This document shows positions 53,339 to 64,000 of a DNA stretch of 64,000 bases, one piece after another. Below the pieces are notes generated by a model. The model was not told the origin of the DNA. It saw only the letters and a program-made list of their open reading frames with translations, and did not search any database. Position 1 is the first letter of the stretch, and each line of letters starts with the position of its first letter. A program made the translations under genes and the position numbers. This DNA comes from Naegleria gruberi (lineage: Eukaryota), in the NCBI GenBank assembly GCA_000004985.1, contig GG738894.1, one strand, 5' to 3'.

Positions 53339-55216
53339 TCATTTCCAAAATCTTTTAATAATAAACTCCATAATTTCTCTATCAAAATAAAACTTCTCTG
53401 GTAAACGTGATAAATCTAATGAATTCTTAATTGCTACCATTACTATTTCTCTACAATATTTTAATTGTTTTGCGTACTGAAGTGCATTACCATTTTGTTG
53501 AACTGCCTCCATTACAATAGAGAAAGTATTAAGCAATTTCTTGTTAGCATGGACGAGTGCCATACCATTTTCTTTTACTGCTTCTTGAACTATTTCTCTA
53601 TCTTTTCTTAAACTGTGTGAAACAAACGCCAAAGTACTACCATTCAATTTGACAGCTAATAGTGCTATTTCTCTATCATTTTTTAGCAAATTCTTCGACG
53701 CATATCTAAGAGATTCCGGAGAATTTTTGATTGCAGCACTTACCACTTCTCTATTATTTTTCACCTCTTCGGATGCATATTGAAGGGCAAGTCCATTTTG
53801 GTTGACTGCTTTCATTACAATATCAAAATCGTTTCTCAATTCTTCACTGGCGAATCTAAGTGCACATCCGTCTTTACTGATAGCAGGTATAATTACTTCT
53901 CTATCATTTTGCAATATTTTTGATATGATTTTCAGTGCATTGCTATTTTGTTGAACAGCAATCATTGCAATTTCCTTATCATTTTTGAAGAACTCATTAA
54001 GTGCAATACCACAATTTTTCACAGCTAAAATTGCAAATTCTCGATCTTTCTGTAATTCATTTGATACATAGATAAAAGCTGCTCCATTCTTCGTTACAGT
54101 TTCTCTTACAATATCTCTATTGTTTTTCAATTCATCAGATGCATATTGAATGGCATAACTATTTTGTCTGACAGCTGCCATTACAACGTTGTAATCATTT
54201 TTCAATTTATCTGAAGCATACTGGAGTGCATATCCATCTTGCATGACAGCTGTTAGAACTATTTCTTTGTCATTTTTTAATTGCTCTGAACAGTGAGTTA
54301 GCATAGATCCACTCCTCTTAACTGCTTCTAAAATTATTTCTCTATCGTTTTTCAATGCTATATAACCTAACATATTTGGATTATTCTGAATGGATTTCAT
54401 AACTATTTCTCTATCATTTTTAAATTCATGGGAAAACGGAATGTTTTTACAATACGGAATTGAGAAAAGAATTAGTTCTCTATCATTTTGTAATTCTTTA
54501 GATGCAAACCGCAATGTAATAGGAAAGGTCATCATTGCTTGTTTAACAATTTCTCTGTCGTTTTTAAAATCAGAATTAAGGGATATGATTTCTGAGCCAT
54601 TATTCATAACTACTTGCATGGCCATTTCTCTATCATTTTCAAATTGTGGAAAGTCATGTAATTTCATTCCATATGTTTTTATAATATTCAGAACAATGGC
54701 TCTATTTTGTTTCATTCTTATAGGTATTGAATGAATATCAAGTAGACGTTTATCAATGCTCTTCATGACAAATAATTCATTACTCCATAACTTTAATGCT
54801 TTCAATATTAGACGAATAGGACGATATTCAATTTTTAATAAATTCAAAACAGTTTCAAATACATAAAATCCATCACGTTTTAGATCAATTCCAGAATGGA
54901 GAAAATCAATATCATCCTCATCATCCGAATGTTCATATTCCTCTTCCTCCTCCTCCTCATTATCATCACTATCATCCTCATTATCATCCATTCTACTAAT
55001 ATTCCGAATCTTGTACCATCTTTTCATAAACTCTAAAAGATATGGTGCAAATATCGTTTCGAATTTATCTTTAACGTCTGCAATTTTCTTCATTAATAAT
55101 TTGGATTCAAATGACAAATCCAAGTAAACTTGCACCTGTTCTGATGATTGGAGGAATTTACCTTTCTTAATGTGATTGGACATGAGGAAGTGATCATTTA
55201 GATGATTTCTCTTCAT
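53339..55216 (-). CDS. DUF4116-type repeat protein (about 12 tandem repeats) with acidic stretch
   Basis: ATG at 55216 (MKRNHLNDHF…). The earlier ORF-track start overlaps the neighbouring gene antisense. Repeats 'LKNDKEIVLTAVMQDGYALQYASDKLKNDYNVVMAAVRQNSYAIQYASDELKNNRDIV…'. Acidic 'DDNEDDSDDNEEEEEEEYEHSDDEDD'. Confidence 0.55.
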   Translation of the reverse strand: MKRNHLNDHFLMSNHIKKGKFLQSSEQVQVYLDLSFESKLLMKKIADVKDKFETIFAPYLLEFMKRWYKIRNISRMDDNEDDSDDNEEEEEEEYEHSDDEDDIDFLHSGIDLKRDGFYVFETVLNLLKIEYRPIRLILKALKLWSNELFVMKSIDKRLLDIHSIPIRMKQNRAIVLNIIKTYGMKLHDFPQFENDREMAMQVVMNNGSEIISLNSDFKNDREIVKQAMMTFPITLRFASKELQNDRELILFSIPYCKNIPFSHEFKNDREIVMKSIQNNPNMLGYIALKNDREIILEAVKRSGSMLTHCSEQLKNDKEIVLTAVMQDGYALQYASDKLKNDYNVVMAAVRQNSYAIQYASDELKNNRDIVRETVTKNGAAFIYVSNELQKDREFAILAVKNCGIALNEFFKNDKEIAMIAVQQNSNALKIISKILQNDREVIIPAISKDGCALRFASEELRNDFDIVMKAVNQNGLALQYASEEVKNNREVVSAAIKNSPESLRYASKNLLKNDREIALLAVKLNGSTLAFVSHSLRKDREIVQEAVKENGMALVHANKKLLNTFSIVMEAVQQNGNALQYAKQLKYCREIVMVAIKNSLDLSRLPEKFYFDREIMEFIIKRFWK

Positions 55217-55265
55217 TTTTTTTAATATTGTAAAGATGTTTAATAAACATTTCATATTATAAAAA

Positions 55266-55739
55266 ATGCCTCCACGTAAAAGCACCCGATCTTCAGCATC
55301 ATCGTCTTCATCTTCTACGGGGAACACTACCAAGAAACAAACCAAACTTATTCCGCCACCACAACCTCCATCATCAATGTTTTTACCACCTCCACAACCG
55401 AGACTCATTCATCATCAAAATAATTCATCTCTTGGACCAACTCCATCACCTGTTCCGACACGTGGAGATCCATTATTAGCTTTGGCTGGTATTGCTGATA
55501 ATGAACTGAGTGATTTAATGTATGAAGAAGTCACTGAAATGATTCTACAAAAAACAAAAGGAAAATCAAATGTGGAACAAGCAGCCTTTATGAGACAATT
55601 ATTGGAAGGAACAGATTTTAAAAAAGATTTTGAGAGAAGGATGGAACGCAAATTTCCAGTGTTGGATAATATTTTGAATGGAAAAATTAAATTAGAAAAG
55701 AAGCAAGACTTGGTGGAAATGGAAATTATTGATGATTAA
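55266..55739 (+). CDS. hypothetical small protein, S/P-rich N-terminus and helical C-terminus
   Basis: 157-aa ORF with ATG; no recognised motif. Confidence 0.35.
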   Translation: MPPRKSTRSSASSSSSSTGNTTKKQTKLIPPPQPPSSMFLPPPQPRLIHHQNNSSLGPTPSPVPTRGDPLLALAGIADNELSDLMYEEVTEMILQKTKGKSNVEQAAFMRQLLEGTDFKKDFERRMERKFPVLDNILNGKIKLEKKQDLVEMEIIDD

Positions 55740-55755
55740 TTATTTTCAAATTTGT

Positions 55756-57249
55756 TTAACTAATTCTACCGAAATATTTATGTTGTAAAAATTTGATAAG
55801 CTTTTTTGTTTCCATTCTCAGGAAGGAAAGCTTAACAACAAGAGAATCTCTATGTGTTGGACTATATTCTATAGCAAGTAGAACTTCAGTAGCTATACCT
55901 GGCTCTTTTGCATAGGGGTGATACTGAGAGAATAATTCATGCCTCACTGGGGATAGTAGAAAATAGGCTGATGCGTCCCTGTTAATTTCTTTGGTTTGTT
56001 CATAGATTTGGAGTGCTCTCTTCCAATTTTCAATCACATAATAAATTTCAGCACATTCACACATTATTTCAACTTTGGCAGAGGTACAGGCAATTAATTG
56101 AATACACTTTTCAAAATCTTTCAGGGCACTTTCGTGTCGGAGGAGATGGGTATAAACATCACCTCTATTTCTATGAATGAGAACATAGTTTGGAAATAAA
56201 TTAGCTCCAGAAGTAAGAGTTTTCAGTGCACCACTTGGATCATTGAATGATTGAACTCTTCCCAAATTATTGTACAGAATAGCCATTTCACTATCAAAAA
56301 AGAGTCCTTCATATTTGTGATTCAATCCACACGAGTAGAAACTAATAGATTTCTGAACTCTTTCCTCTCCTCTCTCCAAGTATAAATTTCCACACCAAAC
56401 CAGAGGTACGAAAATACTTTCCCTACAAACTCTATAACACTTTAAGCATTGTTTGAAATGATGAATTGCACTCTGTGAATCATAATTTGAATACAATTCC
56501 AATCCTTTCAAAGCATGAAACCAAAACTCGTTCATGGTTGTATTTGAACAATGATGGAAAGCAAATCGTATTGTTCTTGCTATGGAAATTCTATCATTCT
56601 TTGACCAAAAGAATACACATTTCCTAAAGTAAGCATAACAATAGGTTGGCATTAATCTAATTGCTCTATCAATATTCGATATTGCTTCCTTATCATTTCT
56701 TGTATTGATAGAATTATCAAACAATTGAATATAATACAAATATTCGGGATTTTTGATTATTGCATAAACTGTTTGATATTTAAATTCGGAATTTCTCTCA
56801 ATCATTGTTTGTGTTGGTTGCAAATATTCCTTCTCCTCACAATCATTTATACTTTGAATCAGGTCTTCAATATCCTTTTCCAATGTATTATTATTATTAC
56901 TTCTTCCCAAATATTGTTCTTGCTGATGATTATCATAAGTTATTGTACAAACATCATCTCCTAATATTTCCTGTAATTCATCGGGTGACTCTCTCAACAA
57001 TTCTCTAACAATCACATTGGATCTTGGCTGTATTGATAACTTGTATCGATAATTATTATTATCATCAACTGCATCGTGGTGATCAAGTTTTTCACGACAA
57101 GCTAAAAAACATGAAACTGAAAATTCCTTCAATTTTGAATGAATACCAGGTATTGTGTCGACATCATCTTGTTCTGTTTGTTGAAGTGATGCACTAGGCA
57201 GTTGTTTTACTTGAGAATCTTTTTTTCTGAGTTGTTCCATTTTTTGCAT
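55756..57249 (-). CDS. hypothetical TPR-like protein
   Basis: 497-aa ORF with ATG. TPR-like helices (e.g. 'YCYAYFRKCVFFWSKNDRISIARTIRF', 'ALKDFEKCIQLIACTSAKVEIMCECAEIYYVIENWKRALQIYEQ'). Confidence 0.4.
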   Translation of the reverse strand: MQKMEQLRKKDSQVKQLPSASLQQTEQDDVDTIPGIHSKLKEFSVSCFLACREKLDHHDAVDDNNNYRYKLSIQPRSNVIVRELLRESPDELQEILGDDVCTITYDNHQQEQYLGRSNNNNTLEKDIEDLIQSINDCEEKEYLQPTQTMIERNSEFKYQTVYAIIKNPEYLYYIQLFDNSINTRNDKEAISNIDRAIRLMPTYCYAYFRKCVFFWSKNDRISIARTIRFAFHHCSNTTMNEFWFHALKGLELYSNYDSQSAIHHFKQCLKCYRVCRESIFVPLVWCGNLYLERGEERVQKSISFYSCGLNHKYEGLFFDSEMAILYNNLGRVQSFNDPSGALKTLTSGANLFPNYVLIHRNRGDVYTHLLRHESALKDFEKCIQLIACTSAKVEIMCECAEIYYVIENWKRALQIYEQTKEINRDASAYFLLSPVRHELFSQYHPYAKEPGIATEVLLAIEYSPTHRDSLVVKLSFLRMETKKLIKFLQHKYFGRIS

Positions 57250-57385
57250 TTTAAATATAATATTATTAAACTTTTGTTAAAAATCTTAATGCAACAATTT
57301 CAAAATTTTAAAGGCAATTATCCTATTACTGATTGCCAAAAAATCTTGTGGATTCAACCAATATCAGTACAAGTTTATTGGAATG

Positions 57386-60031
57386 TTACAAAAAGTATGA
57401 AATAAGGCAGAAAAGGAGGTAGAGAACAAAGCCAATGAATATAAGAGAGACTCCCCAGAAAGCTTCGGTCACTGGAAGGAGAGTTCTCTTGTTGAGAACA
57501 GATTCTATTTGTTTCTTGTACTCAACACTTAATTTAAGATGATCTTCATTTTCTGAGATGAGCATCTTTTGGAAAAGGAATGGTCTACCTGTTGAAATAG
57601 CTTGCAGCTTAACAGGCATAACACCAGTAACCATTCCAGATGGTCCATTACTGGTGATGTTTGAAGATGAAGCACCACCAAATCCATCCTCTGATCCAGA
57701 GTCTGATGCAGAATCATCCTCATCCTCATCACTATATGCTAATTCATCGTCACTGTATGCCCTTTCATCTTCCTCAAAAAATCCTGGGGAAGAAGATCTA
57801 TTTCGAGAAATATTTCTTGCTTGTTGTTGGTATTGCATTTGTGGTGGAGGTGAGTATACATTTGATTGTGGCATGTAGACATTTGACATCATTTGCATCA
57901 TTGGTTGTTGTTGTTGAAGTTGCTGCTTAGCTTGAGGTCTAATAGAATTAGAAATATTGTATCCTCCTAGGGAATGTGCAGATGATGCTTCAGTGGAAAT
58001 CAATGATTTGACTGTTGGTGTAGTGTCAAATGAGTTGACTTCCTTCATGGATCCTTCAAATTCACCATAATTATAATTATCTGGTAAGTTGACGACATAG
58101 TATGATTTGTTTGTTGGAATGTTGAATTTTGGAAGGACAACTTCAAGTCTTCCAGAATCCTTCATCAACTCTGATACTGGAACAGTATAGAAGAGTTCAA
58201 CTGAGAAAATCATATCACTTGTTCCGCGTTTGAGTGGCACAAGAATATTGCCTTCCTTATCAATTGCAGGTCTAACAATTTCTGATTTGACACTGGTACT
58301 GAAGAGACTATACTTCACTCCTGGTGGTACGAGTTGAACTCTAGCATAGTTTTGACTTGAATTCTTTACCTTCATAGCAACATAGTAGAATAAGAAACCA
58401 CTGTCACTATATGTAACAGTGAATACAGCCTCTTGAATAACAGCAACCAAAACAGCCACTTCGTCGTGTTTCTTAATCTCTAAGAATAAATCATTTCCAA
58501 CAGATTGTAAAAACTTGTAACCAAAAAGTAAGGAATCGCATGCCTTGGAAGTAATTTTTTGTGGTAATTCTGTTGGGGCAAGTTTGGTGAAACCAACATA
58601 TTTCAATTCATTGATTTCAACATTTTGAACTGCCTCAATTCCAACGAAACCCTTATCTCTATTTACATTCATACAACTAAATGTTGGAAGGTGAGTCTTA
58701 CAACTTTCACTTGTATCTCTTTCTGCCAATAATCTCAATTGATAACTTCCTTCAACACCTGTATCCAAAGTAACCTTCAAGAAGAAATCACCATAATTTG
58801 CAGCTGTTTGCAAGAAGGAAGAATTGGTGTTATCAGAGTGGACAGAGTTGAGTAATTGAATTGAATAGTTACTTTCACTTTGGTTATCATTTACAGCTTG
58901 TCTTGGGGCATTACTTTGAGCGGTGTTAGATTTCAATTTTTTAACTTCCCAATTCTTAATGTTTCTTCCTTCAACTTTAAGAATTCTGATTGGACAAGCA
59001 TCCTTATCGTTAAACTTGTCTTGTGGGGAAGTCTTGAATTGGAATAATACAAATAGGGTATTTACAGATCCATTTACAATAGTATAATCCATATCGACTG
59101 AAGATGAGATTAAACCATTTCCAATACTATGAAGAACATGTTGATCAACACTGACATTTAGTTGCTTTTCTTCTTTCTTTTCTTCCTTCTTCTCGACTTT
59201 TTCATTTACCTTTTGAGCTTTCAAGATTTCTTGAATAACCTTCTCCGATCTTGTCCAATACAGAGAAAGTTTATGAGTAGGAGGGAACAAGCAATCTGTC
59301 AAGATGGTTCTCTTCTTTCTGTTTGATTCTTCAAATTTAGTCTTGAAACCTGAGGATGGCTCAACGTGAATGTCATAATAATCACCATCAATTTCAAAAC
59401 GTCTCAAATGATTTCTTGGAGTTGTGAATGGGAAATTAATTTCCAAGGATTTCTTTTGATCAGTTTGATATGGTACACACAAATTCAAAGTAACATGATA
59501 ACGGCCCTTTTCATTGGTGTGTAAACAGTATGAGTTATCAAATACACCAATAAAACCAACATTATTTTCAAGAGCAACTTCTTCCTCTTGATCTCTCTCG
59601 AAATAAGTAGAAATATTTCCATTGGTTGTGTCAACTGGTTTGACATTCTTTTCCTTTTGAACTGAATAATCTAAAACAGTAAACTTTTCATTTACATTAA
59701 ATAACTTGAACTTGGCATATTTGTCAACTAAAACCATAACACATAATTTACATTTCAAAGTGACTTTATCCTTCTCAGTCTTTCCTTCAATATCCATTTC
59801 TTGGAGCATATGTTTAAAAGGAGGTTCCTTTGCTTGACTAGTACTAATATCATCAAGTACATTAGAATAAGTATCATAGGCAGACAATAAAGTCAAGAAT
59901 TGATTCAATGGCACCTCGACTTGATCTTTCTCATCAAATTTTGGTGGTTCTTGTTTCATGGATTTTTCATCCTGATCAGCCACGATCATGGACGGAATTT
60001 CATCATTAGATGACGATGATGATGATGACAT
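57386..60031 (-). CDS. large hypothetical tail-anchored membrane protein (Q-rich and acidic stretches, single C-terminal TM helix)
   Basis: 881-aa ORF with ATG (MSSSSSSSNDEIP…). Ends …VTEAFWGVSLIFIGFVLYLLFCLISYFL*. Q-rich 'AKQQLQQQQPMMQMM'. Confidence 0.45.
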   Translation of the reverse strand: MSSSSSSSNDEIPSMIVADQDEKSMKQEPPKFDEKDQVEVPLNQFLTLLSAYDTYSNVLDDISTSQAKEPPFKHMLQEMDIEGKTEKDKVTLKCKLCVMVLVDKYAKFKLFNVNEKFTVLDYSVQKEKNVKPVDTTNGNISTYFERDQEEEVALENNVGFIGVFDNSYCLHTNEKGRYHVTLNLCVPYQTDQKKSLEINFPFTTPRNHLRRFEIDGDYYDIHVEPSSGFKTKFEESNRKKRTILTDCLFPPTHKLSLYWTRSEKVIQEILKAQKVNEKVEKKEEKKEEKQLNVSVDQHVLHSIGNGLISSSVDMDYTIVNGSVNTLFVLFQFKTSPQDKFNDKDACPIRILKVEGRNIKNWEVKKLKSNTAQSNAPRQAVNDNQSESNYSIQLLNSVHSDNTNSSFLQTAANYGDFFLKVTLDTGVEGSYQLRLLAERDTSESCKTHLPTFSCMNVNRDKGFVGIEAVQNVEINELKYVGFTKLAPTELPQKITSKACDSLLFGYKFLQSVGNDLFLEIKKHDEVAVLVAVIQEAVFTVTYSDSGFLFYYVAMKVKNSSQNYARVQLVPPGVKYSLFSTSVKSEIVRPAIDKEGNILVPLKRGTSDMIFSVELFYTVPVSELMKDSGRLEVVLPKFNIPTNKSYYVVNLPDNYNYGEFEGSMKEVNSFDTTPTVKSLISTEASSAHSLGGYNISNSIRPQAKQQLQQQQPMMQMMSNVYMPQSNVYSPPPQMQYQQQARNISRNRSSSPGFFEEDERAYSDDELAYSDEDEDDSASDSGSEDGFGGASSSNITSNGPSGMVTGVMPVKLQAISTGRPFLFQKMLISENEDHLKLSVEYKKQIESVLNKRTLLPVTEAFWGVSLIFIGFVLYLLFCLISYFL

Positions 60032-60380
60032 TTACAAAGAGTGTTATTATTATTGTGTGATGCTGGTTGATCAATAAGTTATCTTCGTCTCCTAACACCT
60101 GTGTGATGGTACAAGATTAGACGATTTTTTTTTGTGTTGTTTTCAAAAAGAGTTCATCCCATGTGCCGAGTTCACCTGCTTCTTATTTTTGCTGCACACA
60201 AATTTGTTATCTCAAGGTTCACCACATTAAATTATATTGAATTAATATTTTGTAATATATTAAACAAAATAATAATGATAGGGTTTACAACTTGTTTGGG
60301 AAATCTATTCTTGCAATATTCCTATCAATTTATTGAATTAATTGATGATTTTGTATTGTTAATGCAAGTATTGCGAATGA

Positions 60381-61918
60381 GTGATTGATCATTTACGATT
60401 ATTTCCGAATAATGATAGCAAGATTCCAAAAAGATGGAAAGGACACCGAGTGTTGATCATGTTTTTAGCAAAATATAAATCATTGGGATGTTATTATTCG
60501 AAATTGGAGGATTATGGAAGTTTGGTGAATGATCCAGAAATAATGATGTGTATTATTGCAAGTTCTGGATTTGAAATGTGTCCAGAATTTGAAAAATATG
60601 TCAATGATAGGGATTTCATGTTAGGTGTTTGTAAAGTGAATGGATATGCCATTAGATATGCAAGTAAGGAGTTGATCAAAAGATAAGGAACTTGCATTGG
60701 TTTCTATTCGTTACAGTAATCGAGCATTCTCTTGTTGTGATGAATTATTGAGGAGAGCGATGCTTCTGTGTTGATTGCAGCTGCAGAACATGAATCATTT
60801 TCAGTGAGTGGTGAGCTATCAATAGAGAAGGAATATGTTTTAAAATTAATGGAAAATCATCCAAGTATTTTCTATAAACTCTCCAAACCTTTACAACAGG
60901 ATCCTCAAATATTGGAATTGGCAGTTTCTAAAAAGTGTCGAGTATTGCAATATGCACCAGATTCGTTTAGGAAGGATAGAGAGTTTGTTTTGAAATGTGT
61001 TCGAAACTTTAGAATTGAAAATTTGCTGATAGGAAATTCTTTAACTATGTCGAAATTGTTTATGAATCACTAAAGAACAGAACAATGGAAGATGTAGAGC
61101 AGTCTAATCTCAAAGGTATCAAAAGGACAAACGAATTCTGTTAGAATACCTAAAATATTTGTTCTTATTGAATGGGGACGATATGCCTGACCTTAGTGAT
61201 GTTTTAGAAATTATTAAGAAAGATAGGGAATTATCAGGGTGGGCTATTTTGATTTATCCTCAATATTTTCTCAAATCGATGCCATCCTGGTTGACGAAGA
61301 GTTCGTGTTGGAGGCGTTGAAGAGGAACCACAGATTAAGATCTATTAGAAAACTTCCTCGAGAGTTCATACAGAATGAAAAGGTCATGATCGAAGCAGTC
61401 AGGAATGGATTTATCTATTCTACAGTTGAGGAACCTCTTCGATCCAAGAGAAGTTTCGTTCTAGAATGTGCCAAAAATTCTAATATTTTCTATAATGAAT
61501 TGAATCCATCTCTCACAATTGATAAGGAAAATTATAGTGGAATTAGTGAAGAAGAATAGAGCTCGTCTTGAAGACCTTCAAGTTTCATTCCATTCAGACA
61601 GAGATGTCTTATTTGGAGCTATATTGAATATTAGCCAAGAGAATGCAATTCATTATAATTCAGATATTAGAGTTTATTGAGGAATGTGTAAAGACCTATC
61701 CAGAATTTGAGATTTCTGGCTATTTAATACTTGTTCAACAGCAAATACTGAAAGATCATTCTAGATTTTTGAGATTATTCGTGATTAATCCGAAAATTAT
61801 TACTGTATTATCTCCTGATAGAGAATTACTACAACTAGCCCTCCATAGCTATCCAGATTATAAGGCCAGAGTATTTGATCAACCTAAAACAGCATGCCTA
61901 TCCTACTATGTCTTTTAA
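60381..61918 (+). pseudogene. decayed DUF4116-repeat gene (repeat motifs scattered over at least 4 frames)
   Basis: DUF4116-like units (VNDRDFMLGVCKVNGYAIRYASKELIKR; DKELALVSIRYSNRAFSCCDELL; FRKDREFVLKCVRN; IQNEKVMIEAVRNGFIYS…KRSFVLECAKNSN) lie in different frames, separated by stops. Confidence 0.35.
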
Positions 61919-61989
61919 AATTTTTGGAGGAAAATTCCATTAGGGCAAGTTCACTCCTCTTGAGGAATTTATTGAAAATATATATCAAA

Positions 61990-62319
61990 TCACAAAACTA
62001 AAACAGTACAAATTGTAGTGAGAGTAACCAAAAAGAGTACACCAACATTATTAAGAGATGTATCATTGGATAGTTCCTTCTTTGCCTTACATGCACCATT
62101 CAAACAATAAGCGTCAGAAGCACATGTAACCACATTACAGCTTGCTCCACATGTGAAATTAGTTCTACAAATACATGAACCATTAGAACAATACATTTCA
62201 GGTAGGCACATAATATCTGCACACTTTGGATCATCAGTTACTAATTGGGAACCATGTGCAAATGTGAGAGTGAGGGCCAGGCAGTAGAAGGCCATAAGGA
62301 CAGTAAGGAAGGATTTCAT
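61990..62319 (-). CDS. small Cys-rich secreted/GPI-anchor-like protein
   Basis: ATG at 62319 (MKSFLTVLMAFYCLALTLTFAHG signal peptide). 12 Cys in 'CADIMCLPEMYCSNGSCICRTNFTCGASCNVVTCASDAYCLNGAC'. Hydrophobic C-terminus 'VGVLFLVTLTTICTVLVL'. Confidence 0.4.
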   Translation of the reverse strand: MKSFLTVLMAFYCLALTLTFAHGSQLVTDDPKCADIMCLPEMYCSNGSCICRTNFTCGASCNVVTCASDAYCLNGACKAKKELSNDTSLNNVGVLFLVTLTTICTVLVL

Positions 62320-62521
62320 TTTGTTTTTTTGGAAGTTGGTTCCAAGTAGTGCACAGCGAGTCAAACCACAAGAAATACGACGGGGGAACTCAATGAGTTT
62401 CGCAGCTGTTTCCTTAATAAAAAATCAAATAAATCCAACAACATCCTTATTTGTTCTACTTGCGAAGTGGGAATTTTTCCAACATGTGACATTTCTAATC
62501 ATACATATTCAAGACATTTGA

Positions 62522-63519
62522 TTATCTATAAGAAACAGCTTTATTATTATCATAGATATCACACAAGAAAGAGTCATCACCCAATCTACAGAAGAATTTC
62601 TTCAAATCCATAACAAGCAAATCCTCTGTTTCATCATGAAAGCATCCACCATTTAAAGTTGTTGCATTTTCAGTAGCCTTCTGATGCGAATGTAAAGCTT
62701 CTGAATCAATATTATGATATTCCCATGGGGCAAGCCCGAATTTCTCAAATAATTCAATTAGATGGAAACAAATGATATGAACATAATCGGCAATACCATT
62801 AGCAGACTCGCCTACATTCTTGTACATTGATTTGTGGAAAATCTCTAGAATAATTTTGGAAGAATATAATCATTAGCCTTATAAGTGTTCCAAACGTCTC
62901 TATCATCATAGCACAACTTCCATACATCTTGAAAATTCCTCCATAATCGCTTTATATTATCATCTAATTTCGGCCTTTCAGCAATTTGTTGTTCTTGTTG
63001 CATTTGAGCAATACATTGAGATATTCTGGATAATGAACTTATTCTATTCCTCTCCTCAAAATATTTCTGCATAATTGGGAACCATACATCAAATGTGACA
63101 ACGATTTTGTCTGTCATTTTGAATAGTAGTTGATTAAATTCAACTATTGTTGATCCAACTCCATTATTCCGTGCTTGATTTTGTGGGTTGGTTTCTTTAA
63201 CCTTAATACCATTATTTGTCCAAACAATGTTATCATAATACAGTAACAAATCTGATCTGATATATGGTTTCATCAATTGCTTATTGAGGAATCTGTCGTC
63301 AATAGATCCTGTGTTGAATAATGCTGCAAAATATCTCATATCATCTTCGTTCGAACCTATAGTTAATGCTAACATTGTATACATGATTCTATTCAATCCG
63401 TGAGCAATACAAATACCAGTATTTTTCAAACTATACCCAATACAGTTCTTCCAATGATCATCCGTTCTTTTCCACTGCCAAATCTTCAAATCTTGGAATT
63501 TAAAATAAAACTTTCTCAT
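62522..63519 (-). CDS. hypothetical protein split into two adjacent ORFs in different frames (62845..63519 and 62522..62827)
   Basis: ORF A ends …DYILPKLF* at 62845. ORF B (KSMYKNVGESANGIADYVH…) is open in the -1 frame from just upstream of that stop. No canonical intron between them. Confidence 0.3.
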
Positions 63520-63551
63520 TTTCCATGAATAAAAACAAAATGGGCAAGTCG

Positions 63552-64000
63552 NNNNNNNNNNNNNNNNNNNNNNNNNNNNNNNNNNNNNNNNNNNNNNNNN
63601 NNNNNNNNNNNNNNNNNNNNNNNNNNNNNNNNNNNNNNNNNNNNNNNNNNNNNNNNNNNNNNNNNNNNNNNNNNNNNNNNNNNNNNNNNNNNNNNNNNNN
63701 NNNNNNNNNNNNNNNNNNNNNNNNNNNNNNNNNNNNNNNNNNNNNNNNNNNNNNNNNNNNNNNNNNNNNNNNNNNNNNNNNNNNNNNNNNNNNNNNNNNN
63801 NNNNNNNNNNNNNNNNNNNNNNNNNNNNNNNNNNNNNNNNNNNNNNNNNNNNNNNNNNNNNNNNNNNNNNNNNNNNNNNNNNNNNNNNNNNNNNNNNNNN
63901 NNNNNNNNNNNNNNNNNNNNNNNNNNNNNNNNNNNNNNNNNNNNNNNNNNNNNNNNNNNNNNNNNNNNNNNNNNNNNNNNNNNNNNNNNNNNNNNNNNNN
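63552..64000. other. scaffold gap (449 N)
   Basis: Run of N to window end. Confidence 0.95.

Noticed and set aside
1-64000. Reading the window as a prokaryotic operon/defence island
   Set aside because: The sequence has spliceosomal GTAAGT…AG introns in many genes, eukaryote-specific families (RDR RdRP, eIF2A, AOX, RGS, Kelch-BTB, F-box, Rho-CAAX), and type II tRNA-Ser and tRNA-Gly of eukaryotic form. Many ORF-track 'M' starts are TTG/GTG (bacterial-table artefact) and were re-evaluated.

Overview
AT-rich (about one-third GC) nuclear scaffold from a unicellular eukaryote. Evidence for a eukaryote: short GTAAGT...AG introns of about 40-120 nt, N/Q-rich low-complexity protein segments, eukaryote-type tRNAs, and 50-N scaffold gaps. 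The taxon cannot be fixed from sequence alone. The gene content (many RNI-like LRR/F-box proteins, DUF4116-type repeat proteins, alternative oxidase, RDR-type RNA-dependent RNA polymerase) resembles free-living amoeboid protists (heterolobosean or amoebozoan). The window is gene-dense, with about 40 protein genes on both strands and short spacers.

Recognisable genes include: eukaryotic RNA-dependent RNA polymerase (DLDGD motif), alternative oxidase, eIF2A, a GCNA/SprT-type metalloprotease with a chromodomain, phospholipase B-like, a PLP-dependent serine/threonine dehydratase-family enzyme, 2OG-Fe(II) oxygenase (prolyl 4-hydroxylase-like), an RGS protein, a 7TM receptor-like protein, Kelch-BTB, a 2H-phosphoesterase-like protein, tRNA-Gly(UCC) and tRNA-Ser(UGA).

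Most unusual items:
- two paralogous cathepsin B homologues in which the catalytic Cys, His and oxyanion Gln are all substituted (pseudo-proteases), one copy with a disrupted first exon;
- an F-box-like domain fused to a Rho-type GTPase with a polybasic-CAAX tail;
- a BRCT-like exon spliced onto a novel P-loop NTPase;
- a candidate box C/D snoRNA in a spacer;
- a recurring palindromic TTTGGCGCCAAA (E2F-type) motif in four promoter regions;
- expanded DUF4116-repeat and RNI-LRR families, including frame-broken or decayed copies;
- a 72-bp coding tandem array.

Caveats: the ORF-track 'M' starts are often TTG/GTG, so several true starts are uncertain. Three genes are interrupted by N-gaps.
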